A stretch of DNA of 64,000 nt, from positions 160,001 through 224,000 of the forward strand of contig JBGAHS010000008.1 of the NCBI GenBank assembly GCA_044226015.1, written 5' to 3'. This DNA is from Candidatus Obscuribacteraceae bacterium. GTDB taxonomy: Bacteria; Cyanobacteriota; Vampirovibrionia; Obscuribacterales; Obscuribacteraceae. The position numbers and the translations under genes are program-made. This document shows, piece by piece, positions 57,391 to 64,000 of the stretch (the first letter of the stretch is position 1; every line of letters starts with the position of its first letter). The notes below the pieces were generated by a model that searched no databases, was not told where the DNA came from, and was given only the letters and a program-made list of their open reading frames with translations.

Positions 57391-57412
57391 ACACACTGCA
57401 TCGCGAGATCAA

Positions 57413-57445
57413 GAAACCCGCCCGAGCCCAGCTCCGGCGGGTTTC
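57413..57445. terminator. Hairpin, likely a bidirectional intrinsic terminator between convergent genes
   Basis: GAAACCCGCC (57413-57422) pairs perfectly with GGCGGGTTTC (57436-57445), with an inner GAGC/GCTC stem and a CCA loop. Starts 22 nt after the giant gene stop. U-tracts are short. Confidence 0.7.
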
Positions 57446-57512
57446 AAACTTAGAAGACAGTTACTTACCCAGCTTTTGGATCTCATCAATTCCTAGCAGG
57501 GCAGCCGGTCTG

Positions 57513-57851
57513 TTAAAATTCTCTCCACCAGGCGGAGCCATCACTGTGAATCGCGGGAAACTCAATTTGAGTTCTTTCGCCTTCTCCGTCTTCTATAAAC
57601 CAATTCTCGTCAATGTCTTCAGGAATATCAAAAGGCGGGTCATTTTCTCGATTGCATTCAGTGGTCCAAAACTCCCAAATATGCCGGTAAGGATCTGCAG
57701 CAGGTGTCAGCTGAATTAGCCCGCCCATCCACGGAAAATCCGAATCCAAATTAGTTATGGTGCCGACAAGTTCAGAACCTCGGAAAAGCCTCAGCTGCTC
57801 CTTCCCGGTGAATGACGGCATGGGTCTGGAAACTGACATAGGAAACCTCAC
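57513..57851 (-). CDS. Small acidic, Trp-rich hypothetical protein
   Basis: Globular-looking sequence (LRLFRGSELVGTI...DSDFPWMGG...AIHSDGSAWWREF). Probable start ATG 57839 after GAGG. Fills the gap between the two giant genes. Confidence 0.7.
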   Translation of the reverse strand: MRFPMSVSRPMPSFTGKEQLRLFRGSELVGTITNLDSDFPWMGGLIQLTPAADPYRHIWEFWTTECNRENDPPFDIPEDIDENWFIEDGEGERTQIEFPAIHSDGSAWWREF

Positions 57852-57943
57852 CCTTCCACTCGCAAGAACTTCTCAGGAATAACACCTTTACAAGCATTTC
57901 ATTGTGCCTAATAGCTCTGGCTCGTTGTATAGGCGTCCACCAC

Positions 57944-60900
57944 TTACTCTTGCGGAGCAAAAGCTGCCATACGTGGGCGAAGCACTTGCTGGAAGCGTTC
58001 GCTATCCTTTCTTACCTGAGACATAGCAGCAACCGTCTTGGCGATATGAGCTGAAAGTTTCTGCGCCTCTGTCTGTTTGGAATTGAACAACATACGCAAG
58101 GATTTTATTGAACCGAGCGCCGATGGAATCGAGAACTCCGCATTGAATGCCTTCAAACCATTGCCCAATTCAACAGAACTGATTCCGCGATAACCCACAG
58201 TTTCAATCGGGTTGATTTCGCCAAATTCCTTGACGTTGCTACCCGTTATTGCAAGATGGCGACCAGGGCTCAAAGTGATTGTCTTATGACCTGAGTGAAC
58301 TTTGACAGCATCTCTGTGTTGATCATCTAAACAGAAGACAGCGAGTCCTCTGGCGGAAGTGAACACGATTGCCACAGACTTCGCATCAATGTCGACCCGA
58401 CCGAATTGAGTCTCAATAGTCGTATCCTGGAACGGCGCAAACACGAATGTACCTGACTTGAGCGCAAGCATCTTTCTCTGGTTTGCAGCAGTAGTGACAC
58501 TCTTCAGTTGGCTTCCTGCAGAGCCGAGACCGAGCTCACGCTCGCTTGCAAGAGGAACCACGAAGCTGCCACTTTCGGACATGCTCGCTTCAAACGCTGG
58601 GGCACCAACTATGGTGCTTAAGCTTTCGCCTGCATTTGTGAGTTCTGTCTCTGTGACACCTCCATATAGAGTCTTCGGATTTGAGGGATTCACCAGAGCG
58701 TTGCTGCTTACAGGAATTGGCTCAATCCATTGCTTGCTGACACCTGGCGGAGCAGCGAAGCTAACACTGGAAACACTGGGACTTACAAGAGAAACTGAGG
58801 TCTCAGCAACCTTGCTCGAGCTTGCGTATGTTGGAGCCACGAAAGCTGCTGTCGAGGTCTTTGAGCCAGCAGACAAAGTAGCAACGCTCAAAGTTGGTGC
58901 GCTGAGAACAGCAGGTGGATCTGCAGTAATGTTCAAGCTGCCACCCAGAGTGATGGTTCCCTTGCTGCCAGATTGGAACTGAATAGCAGTATTGCCAATG
59001 ACAGCCAGGTTGTTGTTGGTTCCATTCACTACAAATGTATTGTTTGTGCCCCAATAGACTTTATTGTTCGGTCCAGTTGCACCAGAGAGGTCGACGTTAA
59101 TGACTGGAGCCGAAGCCGGCTGAGTACCAGCAGAAGGTGCTGGTACTGTCGAACCAACCACGATAGTGACCTGTCCGGGAAGTGGGAATGTGCTACCTGT
59201 CTTAGGAGTCGTCACCTCGGTGCTGATGCTACTGTTGGCACCAAGAACGATGCCAGCGCCGGCGGCGTCAGCCTTCTCTTGCAGGGTGACTTTCGCCGCA
59301 GTGCCCTTGGAAATGATGCTTCCATTCAGGGTTAATAAGCCTGCTGTCTGGATGATGGAAACTGCACCAGTACCAGCAGCACTACTCGTGTCAATCGCTC
59401 CATTGAAGGTCGATTTATTGGCGCTTGCAACGCTTATGGAAGAACCACTAATATTGCCATAAGCAGCCCCTGTGGTGGTGTTGCTGTAGCTGTTACTGAG
59501 ATTCACGGCACCACCTGTAGTGGCGGAGACGAGATTGGGAGTATTTAACTTGAGAGCAGCTGTGCTACTTCCCTGAATGGCTCCCGTCGTGCTCGTCAGG
59601 GTAACCTGACCAGAACCAGCCTTGCTGCTGATAGTCGCGGTACCGTTGATATCACCATTCACTGTCGTTATAGAGACTGAATTGGTGTTGACTGCACCCC
59701 CCAAAGTGCCGCCCTTCAATGTCACGGATGCAACTCCAGTTGTGCTAATTGCGATACTCTCAGCGTTGACCAGGGTCGGCGTGACGGTGAGGTTGCTAGC
59801 AGAGCTCATCGTGAATGTATTGCCAGCTCCAGCAGTATTAGCAGTCGATAGTGTAACAGGTGCAGAACCAACGCTATTCAGATTAATCGTTCCCGTCGTA
59901 GCTGCAGAGACAGAGCTAGTGTTAAGGTTCAACGCAGTCGCTAGCAGCGTACCGGTTCCAATAGCACCAGAACCTGAACCTAGAGTGACAGTCTTAGCAC
60001 TTATCGTGCCCGAGCTGTCCGTGATGTTCCCGCTGCCAATGGCTGTAAGTTTGATGGTTCCCGACGTACTACTAGTGGACACGTTGCCATTCAAAGCAAT
60101 TGAAGCATTTCCTTTATTGTTTTGTATCGTCACGGCGGTCACAGCCTGGACAGGTCCTGTCACAGTGGTTGAACTACCTGAGTTAGTCACAGTGACACTT
60201 GTCCCAGCAGCAGTCAGCGCACCCAGAGTGAGGGGAACGCTCGTAGCTGACTGAGTGACAGTTATGACTCCCTTTGTGCCGAGAGATTGCAAGGCACCTG
60301 TCACTGTGGCACCCTTGCTCACGATTGCGAGTGAACCATTACTAGCAGTCACATTGTTGAGAGTTAGAGCACCAGTGCTTGTCACGCTCACCGTAGTAGC
60401 AGCACTAATGTTCATGCCAAACCCAAAGCTTGTGCTTGGTGTTGTTGAACCAGTTTCTGTAATCTTGACGGCGCCCGTGCTCGCGCTGACGGAACCGTTG
60501 AACAGGACTGAGCCTGTCGGCTTCAGGGTCACGGTCACAGAGCTTCCACTTAAGTTACCGAAGCTTGCGGTGCCGCCAGTTGTCTGAGTTATCGAGATAA
60601 CACCGGAAGGAGTGCTAACAGAATTCAGAGCAATATTCCCTGAGCCACTCAGAGTGACTGCACCGTTGGCTACGATATTTCCGGCAACAGTGGTGCTAGC
60701 AGCACCTGTTATGGAGATGGCTCCAAGTTTACTTGCGGTCAAACCGTTCGCTGTAATATTGGAAGCAAACGTGTTGTTTCCAGCTAGCTTGAAGGTCAAG
60801 TTACTACCCTTCACTGCACCGAAGTTAGACGGACCAGCACCTGTGTAAGAGATGCTTCCGCTGGTAACCAGGTTACTCACCTGAGTAGTTCCCTTGTTGG

Positions 60901-63900
60901 AACTACTGATGTTAATTACACCACTAGAGGTGCTAATGCCCAGCGTTCCGGTTGTGAGCTTCACTGGTGAGGATGAACTTCCAATAGAGCCGGTACCAAC
61001 AGAACTGCTCAAGAGAATTGAACCCGAAGACTGGGTACTGAGAGTGCCCTTGCTGACGATGCTTCCACTAGCAGTGCCCAGGTTGATTGAAGCAGTGCTG
61101 CTGGTGTTGCCCAGGGAACCGTTGACGGTCAAAACACCAGTGCCGCCAGCAGTGAGGATCACAGATGTAGCTCCAGTGACCGAAGGAGTGAAGGTCAGAC
61201 CATTAGCTGAGCGCACGGTCAAGCTGCTGCCAGTGGTCTTCGCTGCGGAGATTGTGATTCCCGTAGTACCACTCAGACCAAGGTTATTGATATTGATCAA
61301 GCCGCTTGTGTTGGCGGAGAGGGTTCCTGCGCGTACCGTTATAGCGGAGGAGGTGCTGGTACCAGTGCCGACTTGTCCACCCGTACCAGTCGTGAGAGTC
61401 ACAGTCTTGCCCTGAATCACTCCACTGCCAGTAATAACACCAGTCCCCGTAGCGGTCAGCGTCACAGTGCCGCTAGTCGAGCCAGTGAGATTGCCATTGA
61501 GGATGATGTCACCATTTGTACCAGCCGATTTGAGCGTTATGCTGGAACCAGCAAGAGCACCGTTGGCAGTTATAGAGCCGCCATTGTTGGTGACACTTAA
61601 GGTGCCGCCAACTGCAGAGGCATTCAATGTAAGCGGCGAGACACCCGTTACTTTATTGGTTATCGACACAACAGCTTTGCTGTTGGATGCTGTATTGACT
61701 GAAACAGTATTTGCCACAGTGCTTGCGCTGATAGCACCAGTTCCGCCAACGAAGTCTACAGTAGCAGCGCTTAACAGATTGGATCCCGGAGAGATAGCAC
61801 CTGTTCCACCAGCGATAAGCTTGATGCTCGTCGTTGAACCGGCCGTGCCAATCGCCTTGCCTATGGAAATCGTACCGGCTGCAGCGCCAGTGGTATCGAA
61901 TGTCACGTTGCTAACCGCTGTCAGAGCCTGAGCTGAGCTTGTGATTCCGCCACCCTTGTTTGTTACAGTGATGGATCCGTTTGCGGCACCATTTCCGGCA
62001 ACACTCAAGCTTCCCTTAGTACCATTCTTGGCGCTCGACGAGTTGATGATGAATGCTGTTTTGCTGTTGGAATTGAGTGTGATGTCGCCACCCTTGCTAC
62101 CGACTCCGTTGCCAGCAGAGTTGAGGGCTCCATTGACCAACAAATTGCCCGTGCTGACAGCACCAGCAGTCAGTACATAGCTGGCACCATTACCCTGTCC
62201 ACTCGTCAGAACCAAAGTGGACGCTGGGTCGAATGTCAGGTCGCCACCGTTGCTGATGATGGCTGTACCCTGATTGGAGCCACCAATCATCAACTGAAGT
62301 CCGCTGCTAGGGAAGGCAGTAGTCTCTCCGCGCACGTACCCAGCAGCGCCACCACTGCCACCAGAAATGCCACTAGCATCGAGTACGTAAGTGGTCGGTA
62401 AACCGACGCCACCGATTATTATAGTTCCGCCGTTTCCTGATGCATCGCGACGCGGTGTAATGCCACCGCTCGGCAGTCCGCTTATGCTACCAGTGCCAGC
62501 CAGAATGGTCAGGCTGTGTGCAGAATCACCAAGCGAAGCGGGGGCACCAGTAAGCGTGATGCTGCCATCGGTTTGCAGACTCACCGCACCAGAGTCAAGC
62601 GCCTGGGTGATGAGGTTAGTCGTTATAGCACCCTTGCTCAATGAAACAGAGAAGTCGCCGCCACCATTCAATGTAATTGCGTTAGCAGAGCTGAAGCTAC
62701 CGTTGCCCTGGACGAGAGATACATTATATGTATTGCTCAGAGTCAAGGTACCTGATACAACCACGCCACCAGTCGCAGTATTAGAGCCAAGTACCAGTGT
62801 ACCAGCCGTTATTCCGTTCAACTCTGTATTGCCAAAGTTCAATCCAGTTCCTGCTGTTCCACCGCTTCCAACTAACGTTATGACTTGCGAATTAGTTGCA
62901 GGCGCGATCGTCACGGTGCCGCTGCCAGCGTTGAGAGGATTTGCACCAGAGAGCGTGTACTGGTCAACAGTAATGTTTATCGGGCTGTTGCTCGAACTAA
63001 TCTGGAAGCCAGCATTTGAGAATGTATTGCCAGCACCAACTTTCACAGTGACGCCTGCAGCCGCGCTCAATGCGCTACTCAAAGTTAGATTGCCAGCATT
63101 CGTGATAGAGAAGCTTCCACTTGCACCACTTGCTGTTCCGTTCAATTGAAGTACGCCAGTATTAGTGATGCTGACACTGCTGTTCGCGGCACCGGAAGCG
63201 CTTACTTGGAGTGTTCCAGTGATTGCGGAATTGAGATTGACGCTGCCTCCGTTGGCAGCGAGTGTGACATCACTACCACCGACCACGCCAGCGCCAGAGC
63301 TGCTCAGGTCGCCAGCAAGGCTTGTCAGCGAGACCTGGTTGCTGCCAGTTCCGACAGTACCGCTGACAGCGATAGAGCCTGCACTGACGTTGACTTGTGG
63401 AGCATTAATGCTGCCTAGACTTGCACTTCCTCCAGCACCACCCACGATGCTAATATTGGTATCGCTGCTGCTCAGCGTTTGTCCGACTGTCGAAACAGAA
63501 CCGGTGCTGCCACCAGCAAGTAACGAGAGGTTGTACTTGCCAGAGACATCAAGGTTTGCTCCGAGCGTTATGGTGCTCAGTAAGGTTGCGGAACCGATAG
63601 TCACTGACTTGGCACTGACTGTATTCAAAGTAGCAGCGGAGACATTGAGTCCAACGCCAGTCGAAAGTAGATTGATAGGCAGATTCTGATTGAACGGAGC
63701 AATTGAAACTGTTCCATTAGCGCCCGCATTTATGCTGCCTGTTCCGCTGAAGGCATCAGCGGTCAGCGAAATAGCAGAGTTTGTGCTGCTGAAATTAAAT
63801 GCACCGTAGTCCAGAGTGCTGCCGAGTGAATTCAGATTTACCAGAATTCCACCAGGCGCAGCGATGTTCGAAGCGAGCTTCACGTTGCCAGCATTGGTCA

Positions 63901-64000
63901 GATTGAAAGCACCGCCTACAGCAGCAACAGTGAGAGAACTTAAATCACCATCGTTAGTGATGCTAATGTCAGCACCAGTTCCGCTGGATGAAGCGCTCAT
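57944..64000 (-). CDS. Second giant beta-helix-like surface protein, paralogue of 14215..57390 (5' end outside the window)
   Basis: The frame is open to the window edge and begins mid-repeat with no signal peptide. Colinear with the C-terminal ~2000 aa of the first giant protein (NQGTAxxSNGGDLT, GKTVTLTTGTG, FPxPGQ, ITADPPA, NPSNPK, shared final domain). Confidence 0.9.
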   Translation of the reverse strand: MSASSSGTGADISITNDGDLSSLTVAAVGGAFNLTNAGNVKLASNIAAPGGILVNLNSLGSTLDYGAFNFSSTNSAISLTADAFSGTGSINAGANGTVSIAPFNQNLPINLLSTGVGLNVSAATLNTVSAKSVTIGSATLLSTITLGANLDVSGKYNLSLLAGGSTGSVSTVGQTLSSSDTNISIVGGAGGSASLGSINAPQVNVSAGSIAVSGTVGTGSNQVSLTSLAGDLSSSGAGVVGGSDVTLAANGGSVNLNSAITGTLQVSASGAANSSVSITNTGVLQLNGTASGASGSFSITNAGNLTLSSALSAAAGVTVKVGAGNTFSNAGFQISSSNSPINITVDQYTLSGANPLNAGSGTVTIAPATNSQVITLVGSGGTAGTGLNFGNTELNGITAGTLVLGSNTATGGVVVSGTLTLSNTYNVSLVQGNGSFSSANAITLNGGGDFSVSLSKGAITTNLITQALDSGAVSLQTDGSITLTGAPASLGDSAHSLTILAGTGSISGLPSGGITPRRDASGNGGTIIIGGVGLPTTYVLDASGISGGSGGAAGYVRGETTAFPSSGLQLMIGGSNQGTAIISNGGDLTFDPASTLVLTSGQGNGASYVLTAGAVSTGNLLVNGALNSAGNGVGSKGGDITLNSNSKTAFIINSSSAKNGTKGSLSVAGNGAANGSITVTNKGGGITSSAQALTAVSNVTFDTTGAAAGTISIGKAIGTAGSTTSIKLIAGGTGAISPGSNLLSAATVDFVGGTGAISASTVANTVSVNTASNSKAVVSITNKVTGVSPLTLNASAVGGTLSVTNNGGSITANGALAGSSITLKSAGTNGDIILNGNLTGSTSGTVTLTATGTGVITGSGVIQGKTVTLTTGTGGQVGTGTSTSSAITVRAGTLSANTSGLININNLGLSGTTGITISAAKTTGSSLTVRSANGLTFTPSVTGATSVILTAGGTGVLTVNGSLGNTSSTASINLGTASGSIVSKGTLSTQSSGSILLSSSVGTGSIGSSSSPVKLTTGTLGISTSSGVINISSSNKGTTQVSNLVTSGSISYTGAGPSNFGAVKGSNLTFKLAGNNTFASNITANGLTASKLGAISITGAASTTVAGNIVANGAVTLSGSGNIALNSVSTPSGVISITQTTGGTASFGNLSGSSVTVTLKPTGSVLFNGSVSASTGAVKITETGSTTPSTSFGFGMNISAATTVSVTSTGALTLNNVTASNGSLAIVSKGATVTGALQSLGTKGVITVTQSATSVPLTLGALTAAGTSVTVTNSGSSTTVTGPVQAVTAVTIQNNKGNASIALNGNVSTSSTSGTIKLTAIGSGNITDSSGTISAKTVTLGSGSGAIGTGTLLATALNLNTSSVSAATTGTINLNSVGSAPVTLSTANTAGAGNTFTMSSASNLTVTPTLVNAESIAISTTGVASVTLKGGTLGGAVNTNSVSITTVNGDINGTATISSKAGSGQVTLTSTTGAIQGSSTAALKLNTPNLVSATTGGAVNLSNSYSNTTTGAAYGNISGSSISVASANKSTFNGAIDTSSAAGTGAVSIIQTAGLLTLNGSIISKGTAAKVTLQEKADAAGAGIVLGANSSISTEVTTPKTGSTFPLPGQVTIVVGSTVPAPSAGTQPASAPVINVDLSGATGPNNKVYWGTNNTFVVNGTNNNLAVIGNTAIQFQSGSKGTITLGGSLNITADPPAVLSAPTLSVATLSAGSKTSTAAFVAPTYASSSKVAETSVSLVSPSVSSVSFAAPPGVSKQWIEPIPVSSNALVNPSNPKTLYGGVTETELTNAGESLSTIVGAPAFEASMSESGSFVVPLASERELGLGSAGSQLKSVTTAANQRKMLALKSGTFVFAPFQDTTIETQFGRVDIDAKSVAIVFTSARGLAVFCLDDQHRDAVKVHSGHKTITLSPGRHLAITGSNVKEFGEINPIETVGYRGISSVELGNGLKAFNAEFSIPSALGSIKSLRMLFNSKQTEAQKLSAHIAKTVAAMSQVRKDSERFQQVLRPRMAAFAPQE

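Noticed and set aside
56400..57390. Classical autotransporter, RTX/T1SS substrate, or sortase/PEP-CTERM anchored protein
   Set aside because: No ~300-aa amphipathic barrel with a terminal aromatic residue, no GGxGxDxL arrays, and no C-terminal TM helix with a basic tail.
14341..57396. Well over a hundred antisense ORFs (up to 569 aa) inside the giant gene
   Set aside because: Shadow frames. Their Pro/Val/Leu/Ala-rich translations are the reverse complement of Gly/Thr/Asn/Ser codons, and they show no independent domain signatures.
57772..57960. 62-aa ORF between the small gene and the second giant gene
   Set aside because: It overlaps both neighbours and has no recognisable features.
56860..58477. 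CdiA/polymorphic toxin-immunity system
   Set aside because: No VENN/DUF637-type pre-toxin motif or CdiB was seen, and the C-termini of the two paralogues are their most conserved part rather than variable toxin tips.
58458..63689. Plus-strand ORFs overlapping the second giant gene
   Set aside because: Same antisense shadow effect.
63998..64000. ATG at the window edge as the start of the 2018-aa ORF
   Set aside because: It falls mid-repeat (similar to MKAVTSGTSAGNI near 46330 in the first gene) with no signal peptide. The gene almost certainly continues beyond the window.

Overview
The window has two parts. Bases 1-13.6 kb hold a cell-envelope modification cluster: two acyltransferase-3 proteins, a secreted TPR-like protein, a PAPS-dependent sulfotransferase overlapping a GtrB/ArnC-like GT2, cysD plus fused cysNC (PAPS synthesis), a TauE/SafE transporter, a WecE-type dTDP-aminosugar transaminase, a GT-C (ArnT/PMT-like) membrane glycosyltransferase and an NDP-sugar nucleotidyltransferase. 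Bases 14.2-64 kb hold one uninterrupted 43.2-kb ORF (14,391 aa) encoding a signal-peptide-bearing, Gly/Ser/Thr/Asn/Ala-rich, beta-helix-like repetitive surface protein, then a hairpin terminator, a small acidic gene, and the 3' 6 kb of a convergent paralogous giant gene that runs off the window. The two giant proteins share a colinear C-terminal ~2000 aa. This ends in an ITADPP motif, a variable linker and an ungapped 176-aa globular domain (98/176 identical by hand count) with a FecR-like pattern. I saw no autotransporter barrel, TPS domain, RTX repeats or known anchor. The main hypothesis is an uncharacterised export/anchoring module for giant adhesins, possibly linked to the adjacent amino-sugar/sulfation pathway. 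The protein style resembles Candidatus Melainabacteria (Obscuribacterales) genomes; this is inference only. No rRNA, tRNA, CRISPR array or mobile element was recognised.
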